From contig JBJMOW010000005.1 in NCBI GenBank assembly GCA_045803545.1, forward strand, positions 1,376,001 through 1,440,000: a DNA stretch of 64,000 bases. Direction: 5' to 3'. Numbering within the stretch: the stretch's first letter is position 1; the number at the start of each line of letters is the position of its first letter. A program made the translations under genes and the position numbers. The stretch comes from Gemmatimonadaceae bacterium. Lineage in GTDB: Bacteria > Gemmatimonadota > Gemmatimonadetes > Gemmatimonadales > Gemmatimonadaceae. The notes under the pieces were generated by a model. It saw only the letters and a program-made list of their open reading frames with translations. It had not been told where the DNA came from and did not search any database. Below are positions 9,971 through 19,566 of this stretch, piece after piece.

Positions 9971-10336
9971 ATGAGCAACAAAAAGGGTTTTACCCTGATC
10001 GAACTTTTGATCGTCGTCGTCATCATCGGCATTCTTGCCGCGATTGCGATTCCGAAATTTGCGAATACAAAGGACAAGGCGTACGTCGCCGCGATGAAGT
10101 CTGACCTGCGCAACATGGCGACCTACGAAGAGCAGTACGCTGCCGACAACGGTGGTGCGTATTTCGGTGGCACCGCGACTTCCGCGGCTCCTCTGCAGGG
10201 CTTCACGCCTTCGCAGAACGTGACGGTCGTAGTCACGAACGTCGCTGGCCCGCCGCCTTCATGGAGCGCAACCGCCACGCACTCGCAGTCTGCGAAGGTT
10301 TGCGACATGACCAACGGTGTAATTACCTGCGTGTAA
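9971..10336 (+). CDS. Type IV pilin (prepilin-type N-terminal cleavage/methylation)
   Basis: MSNKKG|FTLIELLIVVVIIGILAAIAIPKF class III signal, C-terminal Cys pair, AGGAG RBS before ATG 9971. Confidence 0.92.
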   Translation: MSNKKGFTLIELLIVVVIIGILAAIAIPKFANTKDKAYVAAMKSDLRNMATYEEQYAADNGGAYFGGTATSAAPLQGFTPSQNVTVVVTNVAGPPPSWSATATHSQSAKVCDMTNGVITCV

Positions 10337-10355
10337 TTAGCCCGATCAGATAATG

Positions 10356-10388
10356 AAAAAGGGAGCGTCGAAAGGCGCTCCCTTTTTA
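10356..10388. terminator. Bidirectional intrinsic terminator
   Basis: AAAAA-GGGAGCGTC-GAAA-GGCGCTCCC-TTTTT between convergent pilin and serine hydrolase genes. Confidence 0.88.
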
Positions 10389-10405
10389 TTGGCAAAACGT
10401 AACTT

Positions 10406-12160
10406 CTAAGGTTTGACCGCCGGCAGAATGTATTTCGTTAGAAGATCTCCACCGACAAACCGCCAGCCGCGGCTAGCATAGCTTCCGCCATTCGTCGCCA
10501 CCACCAGTCGAAGCTCAGGGAAGACCATCACGATCTGACCGCCGTTGCCGAGTGCAGCGTAGCCACGGATCGTGCGATTGCCGACTGTGAACGACTGCGG
10601 CCACCAAAGAAGTCCGTAATCGCGGCCGCCAATTTTCGTCAGTGTCGACGAAGCTCGCTGGACAAAATCGTGGCTGAGGATTCGCCGACCATGCCACGTG
10701 CCGTCGTCGAGCATGAGTTGGCCGAATTTCATGAAGTCGCGCGTGACCAGACCCATACCGCCACCGCCATAGGGATTCCGCACGCGATCGATTGGCCAGA
10801 TGTACCGCGTGATGCCCATTGGAGTAGCGACCAACCGATCGAACAAATAAAACGGTGACTCCCCCGCCGCTCGGCCGGCAACGCCGAGCGCAAGATTGGG
10901 ATTGACGCTGCAATAGATCGCCGTATCACCCGGCGCGAACGCCATCGGCAAGCCGAGCGTGAACTTGTAGAAGTCGGTCTGCTTCTCCCACATCTGATTT
11001 TCGTTGCCGGCCGCATCGTCGTTGTTATCGTCGCAGAAATATCCGGACGACATCGTCATCAGATGCTCGAGAGTCATCGCCCGCTTACGCGGCTCGATAT
11101 TGGCGGGTATCGCACCGCCGTTCATGGCCTGATAGACAGGCATCGACAATTTGATCGGCGCACCGGCGAGCATTGCGGCACCAATTATCGTCGCGGATAC
11201 GCTTTTCGCAGCGGAGCGTTCGTTGTGCAGGTAGTTGCGATCGTCGCCGTGGAAGTACTCCTCGAGCACGAGCTTGCCGTTGCGCGCAATCAGTACGGAG
11301 TGAACCTGTGGCGCGTTGATCGAATCCATCGACATGTCAACGATCGCCTGCACCGCGCTCTCGATTCCCGCGCGGTCGATGCCGACCTGCTCCGCGCTCG
11401 CCGTCGGCCAGCCATCGTCGAGCGCGAGCGGAACCCGATAAGCGTAGCGGCCGGGAGATTTGCCGCGAGGATAGAAATCGCTGAGTGGATCATCGTCGAG
11501 AGCGAACTCATAGCTCCCGCCGCGGCCGCCGAAGTCGAGCCTGATTATTTTGTCGGCGGAATCGATTGTCCCCTTGGCGAGGACGCTGTCACCGTTTTGC
11601 GCTCGCCCGCCGACCAGAGTGATCGCGTTGCCGTTGCGAATCACGCTTCTCGCGCCGAGGAACCCGCCCCAGTCTCGTTCGATATTGCGCAGGACTGCGG
11701 CGAGAGTGCCGTCGGATCGTCTGCTTACCTGCAGATATATGGTCTCGGTGCCTTCCTGCCGGGCCAGCTGGCCCGACCAGCGATTCGCTCCTTTTGGTAC
11801 GAGTACGACCGGGTGACCCGCGCCGAGCTCGCCGGGCGGAGCGGAGAACCAGATACCGCGAACGGTGTTTCCAACGAGCTTGCCGCGAAATCCTCCCTCG
11901 TGATTCGGCAGCTCGAATGAGAATTCACCATTAGCCACGGTGACTGGGAAAGTGAAGCCCACCATGTCGGCGGTGTAGGTCGTCCCGCTACGCTCGATCA
12001 GAAGCGGACCGTTGGCAGGCGTTCCCGAGTAGCGTTTAGCTTTCCAGAGCCCGACGATGTCGCTGCCGGAATCGCGAGTTTGCGCCCGGAGAGGAAGGAC
12101 CGACGCCGCGCAGGCCAGAGCGAAAAGGACGAGCGCGCGAGTTCGTGGCCGTGAGATCAT
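10406..12160 (-). CDS. Secreted serine hydrolase (beta-lactamase/PBP-like fold)
   Basis: Signal peptide MISRPRTRALVLFALACAASVLPLRAQ, SxxK (RSAAKS), LEHLMTMSSG, YCSVN, ALGNGGQ. Start reset to ATG 12160. Confidence 0.85.
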   Translation of the reverse strand: MISRPRTRALVLFALACAASVLPLRAQTRDSGSDIVGLWKAKRYSGTPANGPLLIERSGTTYTADMVGFTFPVTVANGEFSFELPNHEGGFRGKLVGNTVRGIWFSAPPGELGAGHPVVLVPKGANRWSGQLARQEGTETIYLQVSRRSDGTLAAVLRNIERDWGGFLGARSVIRNGNAITLVGGRAQNGDSVLAKGTIDSADKIIRLDFGGRGGSYEFALDDDPLSDFYPRGKSPGRYAYRVPLALDDGWPTASAEQVGIDRAGIESAVQAIVDMSMDSINAPQVHSVLIARNGKLVLEEYFHGDDRNYLHNERSAAKSVSATIIGAAMLAGAPIKLSMPVYQAMNGGAIPANIEPRKRAMTLEHLMTMSSGYFCDDNNDDAAGNENQMWEKQTDFYKFTLGLPMAFAPGDTAIYCSVNPNLALGVAGRAAGESPFYLFDRLVATPMGITRYIWPIDRVRNPYGGGGMGLVTRDFMKFGQLMLDDGTWHGRRILSHDFVQRASSTLTKIGGRDYGLLWWPQSFTVGNRTIRGYAALGNGGQIVMVFPELRLVVATNGGSYASRGWRFVGGDLLTKYILPAVKP

Positions 12161-12290
12161 GATCCGAGCTCCGTTAGGGTGGACGACGATCGTTGGACAC
12201 GAAACTCTCGAAGATCGTTGATGCGTCACAACCCGAATGTGACGAACCGGCCTAATTCGGATGTGATGGAGACCGTTCGCGTAGGTACGA

Positions 12291-13013
12291 CTAGCGGTGT
12301 CGGACGCGCAGGTCGATGTAACTGTTGCCGTACCACCCGATCTTGAGCGGCACATTGGTGCTGTCGGTTGTTAGATCGGCGATGCCGTTCGCAGCGGCGA
12401 TCTGATTCTTTGGCGATATGAGAAGGGTGACAAGCACGACCAGCCTGCTGCCATTCTGAATCAGACGACTTGCGAAGCCGGCGGTGTTGAAATCGACAAA
12501 CTGTCGGATTCCCGGTTGCAGTGACATGTGACGCGCTCCCTCGACCAGGGCGGCCTGGTGTGTCGAGTAGCTCGATACAAGAACGTAGTCGCCGCTCGGC
12601 GTCAGCTCGTAAAGTGAGATCTCGAAATCAAAGCTCTGTTTGTTGGAGATGAGCTCGAGGCGGCCGGAGAAAACTCCGCTCAGCTCGAACGGGCCAGCGA
12701 GCGGTGGGCTGACGAACTGCACTCCGTTCCGGGTATCGATTTTTCGCGTCGGTGTGCCAATGACAGACGCGACGCGAGCCGAATCCTGACGCTCCTCGTT
12801 TTGTTCGACGTGAGTAGCGCCGCTGTAGCCGTTGGGCGTCAGGCGGTAACCGCTATCGACCCGAATGGGCGACAAATAGAGTCGGATCGACTGACCGGCG
12901 ATCCCGGTGTCCGCGATCGATTCCTTCCGCTGACTCGGCTGCTGCGCGTAGGCAATCGGGACTGACGCGGCCAAAGCCGCTGCCAGTACGAAGCAACTAA
13001 CCACAGGTCGCAC
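12291..13013 (-). CDS. Secreted protein resembling the non-catalytic C-terminal domain of CocE/NonD hydrolases
   Basis: Signal peptide (AYA|Q) followed by FVSPPLAGPFELSGVFSGRLELISNKQSFDFEISLYELTPSGDY...GSRLVV...PLKIGWYGNSYIDL. No GxSYxG catalytic domain. Confidence 0.65.
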   Translation of the reverse strand: MRPVVSCFVLAAALAASVPIAYAQQPSQRKESIADTGIAGQSIRLYLSPIRVDSGYRLTPNGYSGATHVEQNEERQDSARVASVIGTPTRKIDTRNGVQFVSPPLAGPFELSGVFSGRLELISNKQSFDFEISLYELTPSGDYVLVSSYSTHQAALVEGARHMSLQPGIRQFVDFNTAGFASRLIQNGSRLVVLVTLLISPKNQIAAANGIADLTTDSTNVPLKIGWYGNSYIDLRVRHR

Positions 13014-13086
13014 CCCTAATCGCCCTTCGCCTTATTGCTATCTATTCGTTGTCGGGGTGATCCGCGGCGGGCGCAGCCTGCATCAC

Positions 13087-15837
13087 CTACTGTGCGAGTG
13101 ATATTGCTGTCAGCGCTCGATCGATCCTCACTTTGGATTCCGCGAAATGCGCGCGCGTCTCGAGATCGAGAGCAGGCGAACTTTGTGCCGCTGCCAGTCG
13201 CCGAGACAGACGCGTCAGCTCGTAGCGCGCCAATGCCCGCGCATCCTCGGGCGCATCGGACAGCGGCGCGGCTCCGCCCGCCGTCGCTGAATCGTGGCTC
13301 GGCATCAACATCTGTGTGAACCGTCCTATATATGTGCGTTGCAGATTGCGTCTGAACGAATCGACATTCCGCAGGCGTTGGCCGCCGGTGCCGAGCTCGG
13401 ACCAGATCGCGCTAGTCAATGTCTCAAACAGTTCACCGACAGTGTAAGCTGGCTCGCCGTTGGGCATTCGCGCGGTGTTGTCGACAATCCGTCGCAGTCT
13501 TGGCGGCGCGAGCAGTTCATCAAGCAGCGCCCCTTGCAGCCCGGCGACAATATCGTGCACTGGATAGTCCACCGGCCCGTTGAACGAGTCTCCGAGATCG
13601 AAATGTGCCCAACGATTCGGTGCCAAATGGTTCAGTCGGTCGGGATCGAGTTTCATTGCGCCTGCGGCGAATGCGCCGTCGACTATGAGCTTCACCGCTT
13701 CCCGCTGCTTGGCCGCAGGCACTGGGACGAACGGCGCGCGCCCATTCGGATCACCGTTGTGATCGCGAGCGGTATACAGACCGCCAACGGTTTTCGTAAC
13801 AGGCAGCAACGCGTTTAGCCGCTCGAACAGCAGACTCGTAGTAGCGTTGCGCAGTCGTTGATAGCCTTCACCGTCAGCAATCAAGCGAGTTTGCAGTCGT
13901 GGTTGAACGTATTGGATGAGAGCGATCCGGTCGCGAGCATATGCCACTGGTTCTGAGCCGAGGTCGCCCGCATTCGACAGCGGATCAACGGCGAATGGAC
14001 CCAGCCAGTTGTCCTCGTCGGTGCCGTAGGTGTGCAGGGGCTCCGCCGCTTCGGCAGCGATGTGCCGCAGTGCAATTGCTTCATCCTCAGTGCGGGACAC
14101 CGGCATTCCGCTCGTGGGAAGCACTCCGTCCCCTGAAGTCGGTGGACTGGCTTGTTGATACACGGGCGCGTACGCGTAGCGAATCGCCCAGAGGTCATAC
14201 GAGCCCACGACCTTTCCGAAGTAGTCGCCCTGACGTTTGGGGTCGATCGCAACATTGACGGGCGGGTAGTCCATTACCGACAGAGTGAGCCCGTTGCGGT
14301 GGGTGAATGTCGTGTCGTTCAGCCGGTCGTATGGTGTGCCGGTTGACGATTTGAAGTTGTGTCGAAGTCCAAGCGTGTGTCCAACTTCGTGCATGACGAC
14401 CCAGCGTAACGCGTCTCCGATGTACTTCTCGGGCATCGGTTCGCCAGGAGCGAGGGTCCCCAAGCCGGTCAGAAATGCGTACTGGACCGCGAGCTGATGT
14501 CCCATCGAAGCTTCCGCCACACACTCCCGTGCTGCGAGCGCGGCAGGAAGCCGCGACCTCGAATTCAAAGCGGGGAAGATCTCAGCCTTCCACGCCTGCG
14601 GGCCGGAGAGTCGGTCGTATTCGTTTTGCCACGCCCGTACAAACTCCCATGATATGAGGATATCAGCGTTGAGAATTTCGCCGGTGCGCGGGTCCGTCGT
14701 CGACGGACCAATCGCGTATCCCATCCGATGCGCGGCGGTCCAGCGCACAGTCGAATAGCGCATATCCTCGGCGCTCCACGTCGTGTCGTCGGGCGCGTCT
14801 TTCACGACGATGGCGTTGGAGATTCCCGCCGCCTCAAAGGCGCGGTTCCATCCCAGAATGCCCTCGCGCACGTATTGCCGATATTGCATGGGCACGCTGC
14901 GGTCGATGTAGTACACGATCGGCTGCACCGGATCCGAAACTGCTTTCGAGTGATCCTTCTTCTCGAGACGCCAGCGATCGACGTATCGAAGGTACGGATC
15001 GGGCTGGCGGTCTCGTGAGAAGTCTTCGACGGCCTCGAGGAATTGTCCAACGCGATCGTCAGCAATGCGCGGACGCATCGGATTCTCGGGAAGCGCGATC
15101 AGCGAATAGCGCACACCCACTGGCAGCCAGCGGTAATCCGAGAGGGCGTCGGAACCGCGTGGGGGCGGCTCGGCGGCGTCAAAGGTGAGCTCGCCGTCGA
15201 TTTCCACATTCCGCGGGAAGCCCATTACGTGACCGACATAACTGCGGTCTTTATCGAAGGTTCCCGGCTTCTTGTCCCACTCGAACTTCAGCGCGGTGCT
15301 GATATCGGCGTAGTCGGACGCGATGAAAGGCGTTGCATTGATAAGAACTGCTTTGGTCGTATCGTTCTCGCTCTCGATCTTGAAGACCGCTACCGTCGAA
15401 TTGCCGACGTTGCCTTCCTGCGATGTGCGCATCGGTGATGCTGAATCCGAGGTGAAGCGCGGGTTGCGGCGAACGAGTCGGACCTGGTCGCCAGCGCGGG
15501 CGAAGTGCACGAGCTGCAAGTCGGTAAGCGGCAGTCCCTGATGCAGATCATAATCGCCGATGCCGTGGCTCAAGTGCATGCCGAGCCCGAACTCTCGATT
15601 GAACTGTTCGGGCCGCAGCTCAATGTAGAGAGTGTTGTCGCGTTTGAGATGGGTAATGAAATATCCATCGATGCGCCGACTGTCCTTGAGCGTCGAGTCC
15701 CAGGACGCGAACGGGCCTTTTTTCTCCGGGGCCTTCGCCTGCTGCGGCGCGGGGGCGGACGCTGCGTGGAGTCGCGTACAGCCTTGAACCGCGAGGAGGA
15801 GGAGCACTGCGGCGAGAGCGCGAGACGCGACGGTCAT
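13087..15837 (-). CDS. Zinc-dependent metalloprotease (EcxA/DUF5117/DUF4953-type metzincin), lipoprotein
   Basis: HEVGHTLGLRH zinc motif, Met-turn SVMDY, DPRTGEILNADI, lipobox AVQGC. Start at ATG 15837 (MTVASR) with GAGGAGG RBS. Confidence 0.9.
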   Translation of the reverse strand: MTVASRALAAVLLLLAVQGCTRLHAASAPAPQQAKAPEKKGPFASWDSTLKDSRRIDGYFITHLKRDNTLYIELRPEQFNREFGLGMHLSHGIGDYDLHQGLPLTDLQLVHFARAGDQVRLVRRNPRFTSDSASPMRTSQEGNVGNSTVAVFKIESENDTTKAVLINATPFIASDYADISTALKFEWDKKPGTFDKDRSYVGHVMGFPRNVEIDGELTFDAAEPPPRGSDALSDYRWLPVGVRYSLIALPENPMRPRIADDRVGQFLEAVEDFSRDRQPDPYLRYVDRWRLEKKDHSKAVSDPVQPIVYYIDRSVPMQYRQYVREGILGWNRAFEAAGISNAIVVKDAPDDTTWSAEDMRYSTVRWTAAHRMGYAIGPSTTDPRTGEILNADILISWEFVRAWQNEYDRLSGPQAWKAEIFPALNSRSRLPAALAARECVAEASMGHQLAVQYAFLTGLGTLAPGEPMPEKYIGDALRWVVMHEVGHTLGLRHNFKSSTGTPYDRLNDTTFTHRNGLTLSVMDYPPVNVAIDPKRQGDYFGKVVGSYDLWAIRYAYAPVYQQASPPTSGDGVLPTSGMPVSRTEDEAIALRHIAAEAAEPLHTYGTDEDNWLGPFAVDPLSNAGDLGSEPVAYARDRIALIQYVQPRLQTRLIADGEGYQRLRNATTSLLFERLNALLPVTKTVGGLYTARDHNGDPNGRAPFVPVPAAKQREAVKLIVDGAFAAGAMKLDPDRLNHLAPNRWAHFDLGDSFNGPVDYPVHDIVAGLQGALLDELLAPPRLRRIVDNTARMPNGEPAYTVGELFETLTSAIWSELGTGGQRLRNVDSFRRNLQRTYIGRFTQMLMPSHDSATAGGAAPLSDAPEDARALARYELTRLSRRLAAAQSSPALDLETRAHFAESKVRIDRALTAISLAQ

Positions 15838-16263
15838 ACGAACCTCCTCGAACTGCGACTTGATCCAGTACCGGATCAAGCTGAGGGTTTACCTCAGCCC
15901 GCCACGCTAAGCCATCTTTTTCGCGGAGTCAACGAGAAAAAACCTCCGGCACCCGTTGATGTAACCTGCACGTCATGTTCGGCGTTGGCAGTCGTCCGCT
16001 CCCTTATCGAGCCGCCACGAACTGTTTCGCGCGCAGCAGCTCCGGTCGACTTCCGTCGATGTGTGTCATTAACGTGATGTATTGCGCGTACCAAGATGGC
16101 CGCGAAGATGGGGTCGATGGGCTACCCATTTTATTACTTTGAAAATACCGATTGTGGGCATGGAAGTGGCGGTCACCATCGACCAGCAGGCAAAGGATTG
16201 GGCTCTCATTCATACCTATTTATGGCATCAGCTGCAGTGAAGCGCTCACTGGCGGAACTACGA

Positions 16264-16746
16264 ATGAAGTGGTGCGGTTTGATTGCGTTATTGGTGCCGG
16301 TGATGATTGTCGGCGCCTCATGCAGCCGCACGTCTTCCGCACCACAACCATGTCTTCAATTCTCTTCTGATCTGATGCCGGATCTTGCGGGCGGTTTGAT
16401 CAGAAAGGATTTCAGGATTGCAAATGCCTGGGCGGTCAAGTCCGATCAAATGATCGACTCGAGTGGTGTGAAGTTTCCCGCCTACTTCCTGTCGGCAGAC
16501 ATTATTGCGCCCAGTGGTGAAGCCGTCCCCGCTACCTGGGTTACGACGCAAATCGCGAAGCCGGGGCTGATTTGGTCGATCTCACCGCAGGCGAAGAAGT
16601 ACACGAGCTGGGCGAAGGCGGGAGACTCGTCGACGGCAGGAATCACGATGGAGAGCGTGGGCGCGAAAGCGTCGGTCGTCTGCGTGCTCAACGGCCGCGC
16701 AACTTCGCCCCGGGCAGGTGTCACTCCGAAGTCAATAACGCCCTGA
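16264..16746 (+). CDS. Hypothetical lipoprotein
   Basis: MKWCGLIALLVPVMIVGASC signal/lipobox. Start chosen inside ORF 16096..16746. Confidence 0.6.
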   Translation: MKWCGLIALLVPVMIVGASCSRTSSAPQPCLQFSSDLMPDLAGGLIRKDFRIANAWAVKSDQMIDSSGVKFPAYFLSADIIAPSGEAVPATWVTTQIAKPGLIWSISPQAKKYTSWAKAGDSSTAGITMESVGAKASVVCVLNGRATSPRAGVTPKSITP

Positions 16747-16758
16747 GCCTCGACGAGA

Positions 16759-19428
16759 TCAGCGCCCGATCCAGTAGGTCGCCTTTATAAGGAAGACGTT
16801 CGTCGGCACGGTGCGGAAGATCGCGTCGACGTCTCGGCGGGCGCTGAAATCACCGAACGGCTCGAACGCGCTGCGCTGTTGCTGCCATACGACGAATAGC
16901 GCGGAGCCGGGACGGTACTCCCAGCGAAGGACGGCGTTGCCGCGAAGATTGCGAATGTTGAACGCGGGATCGCCGAACTGGAATGACGGCGACGGACCCG
17001 CGCCATCCGGGTCGACGGTGTAAACGCCATCCGCAGCGCGAGAGATCGTTCCCTTGTCCACGCCGTAAATGCCGAACGCATACTGACTGGGCCTGAGGAA
17101 CTCCTTGAAATCGTAATAACGACCCGCCGACACGAATGGCTGGGCGTAGAGCTGCAGACTCACGTCCGTCGTGAAGGTCCAGTCGACTCGCGTGTCCAGC
17201 GCCAGCGTCGACTGATGCAGATCGGCGAAGACGTAGCGCGTACCGTAGGTGTCGGTCGCCATTGGGTCCGCGACGCTGCGGACGTACTGGCCGGTGATGT
17301 GACTCAAAGTGTAGCTGGGGCCGAGTACGACGTGGATATAGCTCGATGGTCTGGTGTCGACGCCCAGAGTGTAGCCGACCGTTTTGCCGCCGGCGTTGTT
17401 CCAGGAGTAGGATGGACTGGCGGTGATCGAAATCGGTTTGCGCGTATCCGAGGTGAGATTGACCAAAACGCTGCCCCCGGCCGGGCTCAAGGCAATTGGT
17501 CCGCCGCGCGTGAACCGATCGTTGAAGTACGCCGGATACCACGCCACTGTCCCGTTCGTTTGCCAGAAGTTGGTCAGCGTCGAGAACGCGTTGAGCGCAA
17601 CTTCCTTGAAGGTCGATGTGCCGCCGAAGTTCCACGCCTCGTTCGCGTACGCGGCGTAACCGAATTGGGTGAAGTGCTTGCCCTGCTGATAATCCTGGTA
17701 CCCGTAGTAAGCGGACAAAGCCTGCACATCGGCGCGACCGACGAAGCCAATGTCGTTGACCTCGAAGCCCGGGCTCAGCTCCTTGTAGGCGAGCGAGCCG
17801 TACCATGTGCCTTGCTTGGCGAGCGCAACCTCGCCGGTGTGACCGGCGAGCGAGTTTCGGGTCGGATCGAAATGGAGATACGACGCGTCGGGCCGCTGAT
17901 AGTAGTGGGTGCTATTGAGCTGGGTCTCCGCAATCGCGTCGCGACTGCCTTCGACGAGAGTGCCGGCGAGAAAGCCGCTCAGAACCCAGTTCTTCTGCTG
18001 CATGTCGTGCTCGAAGTCGAGACCGGCAAAGCTCGCGTTTGCGCGTAGTGCCGATTTGAAAACCGGATCCGACAAGTCCCGCGCGGTCGATGTCACCATC
18101 GTTCCGATGACGGTTGCTCCCTCGCGGAAATCGCGTTTGAGCCGGCCGGCGAAATAATTCGTGAGCGGCTCGACAGCGCTATTCGAGATGCCCGATGTCG
18201 TAAGGATCCGCGCCTGGGCCTTGGGCGTCACGGCATCGAGCAGACCAACGGTCCACGGTCCGGCTTTCCCGGTGACTTTGGCAGCGCCGGCAATCGTCGC
18301 TTGCTCGGGCTGATCGACAAACAACACGCCCGGCGCAGCCGCATTGAGCTGAGGCTGGCGACCGATTCGGCGTGAATAGAAGTAGTTGACGAACCCATAG
18401 TCGTTGTTGAGGACGACCTGGCCAAAGTTCAACACGTCCGATCCCTCGAGAAAGAACGGCCGCTTCTCGGGGAAGAAAGTTTCGAACGCGGAGAGATTGA
18501 CCACCGACGGATCGACTTCCACCTGGCCGAAGTCGGGATTCAACGTTACCGTCAGCGTCAGCGCCGCGGGCAAACCGTAACGCAGATCGGCGCCTCCACC
18601 GAGCTTGATCTGATTCGATTTGGAAAACGGGTTGGAGGCTACGACTGGAGCGCGGGTCAATCGCGTGCTCACGTACGGCAGCACCTCCAAGCGCTGGCGC
18701 GGCGGAATGTCGCTGAGCCCGGTAAGATCTCCGAAGCGCGACACGAATCCTGACGACTGTGGCGTCCACGGAGACCAACTGTCGCGCTCGTTGCGACGCG
18801 CGACGTCGCGCATGATTTGAAAGCCCCAGACGTGGTCCTGTCCCCGCGTCTCACCACCGAAGCGAAGCTGCGACAGGGGAATCCGATATTCGGCGACCCA
18901 CCCGAGCGAGTCGATGCGCGTTGCGACTTCCCACACCGCATCCCAGTTGGTGTCTTCGTTGAAATCGTTCGAGGTGTAGACATCCTTCTTCACGCCGCGT
19001 GGATTGGTCGTGAAGCGAAACGCGGTTCGCCGGTCGTGATACGAATCGATGATCAGGTGCACCCAGTCCGAGTAAATACCCGACGCATCTCGGCGCGCGA
19101 GCTGGGCGACGATCGAATCCGGATGAGAGTCATACATGCGGACGCCGACATAAAGCGCGGCATCGTCGTAGAGAACGCGGGCTACGGTCGGGTCGGTGGG
19201 TTTCGCACCTTGCTGTGGATAGCTCTGGGTAAAGGCATCGATTACTGGAGCCGCTTGCCATGCCGGCTCATCGAGCTTGCCGTCGATGATGATGCTTCCC
19301 GTTCGTCGCGCCGCCATTCCGACACGAAGTCGCGCGCTATCCGCCGTGGCAGTGGATCTCGACTGCGCGTAGGAAATTGACGGCGCTGCCAATTGAAATG
19401 CGAGAACACAGACGATCGATTTCTTCAT
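16759..19428 (-). CDS. DUF5916-type outer membrane protein with N-terminal CBM9-like domain
   Basis: IDGKLDEPAW, WVAEYRIPLSQLRF, NPDFGQVEVD, FFPEKRPFFLEG, YSRRIG, LRWEYRPGSALFVVW, C-terminal KATYW. Confidence 0.85.
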   Translation of the reverse strand: MKKSIVCVLAFQLAAPSISYAQSRSTATADSARLRVGMAARRTGSIIIDGKLDEPAWQAAPVIDAFTQSYPQQGAKPTDPTVARVLYDDAALYVGVRMYDSHPDSIVAQLARRDASGIYSDWVHLIIDSYHDRRTAFRFTTNPRGVKKDVYTSNDFNEDTNWDAVWEVATRIDSLGWVAEYRIPLSQLRFGGETRGQDHVWGFQIMRDVARRNERDSWSPWTPQSSGFVSRFGDLTGLSDIPPRQRLEVLPYVSTRLTRAPVVASNPFSKSNQIKLGGGADLRYGLPAALTLTVTLNPDFGQVEVDPSVVNLSAFETFFPEKRPFFLEGSDVLNFGQVVLNNDYGFVNYFYSRRIGRQPQLNAAAPGVLFVDQPEQATIAGAAKVTGKAGPWTVGLLDAVTPKAQARILTTSGISNSAVEPLTNYFAGRLKRDFREGATVIGTMVTSTARDLSDPVFKSALRANASFAGLDFEHDMQQKNWVLSGFLAGTLVEGSRDAIAETQLNSTHYYQRPDASYLHFDPTRNSLAGHTGEVALAKQGTWYGSLAYKELSPGFEVNDIGFVGRADVQALSAYYGYQDYQQGKHFTQFGYAAYANEAWNFGGTSTFKEVALNAFSTLTNFWQTNGTVAWYPAYFNDRFTRGGPIALSPAGGSVLVNLTSDTRKPISITASPSYSWNNAGGKTVGYTLGVDTRPSSYIHVVLGPSYTLSHITGQYVRSVADPMATDTYGTRYVFADLHQSTLALDTRVDWTFTTDVSLQLYAQPFVSAGRYYDFKEFLRPSQYAFGIYGVDKGTISRAADGVYTVDPDGAGPSPSFQFGDPAFNIRNLRGNAVLRWEYRPGSALFVVWQQQRSAFEPFGDFSARRDVDAIFRTVPTNVFLIKATYWIGR

Positions 19429-19516
19429 GCCGACCAGCCGCGAGTCTTGACGCCGAGTTAGTCACATCGGCACCGCGAAAGGTGACCGCGAAAAGGCTAT
19501 AGTAAGGGTCTCGAAC

Positions 19517-19545
19517 AAAAAAGGCTGGCCTCGCGGCCAGCCTTT
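19517..19545 (-). terminator. Intrinsic terminator of the TPR gene
   Basis: On the minus strand AGGCTGGCC-GCGA-GGCCAGCC-TTTTTT, about 20 nt after the stop at 19567. Confidence 0.85.
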
Positions 19546-19566
19546 CCTTGCTTCCCCCTCACGCTG

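Noticed and set aside
10406..12160. Beta-lactam resistance gene
   Set aside because: It has the SxxK fold but lacks canonical class C YxN and KTG motifs and has a long extra N-domain; better called a generic serine hydrolase.
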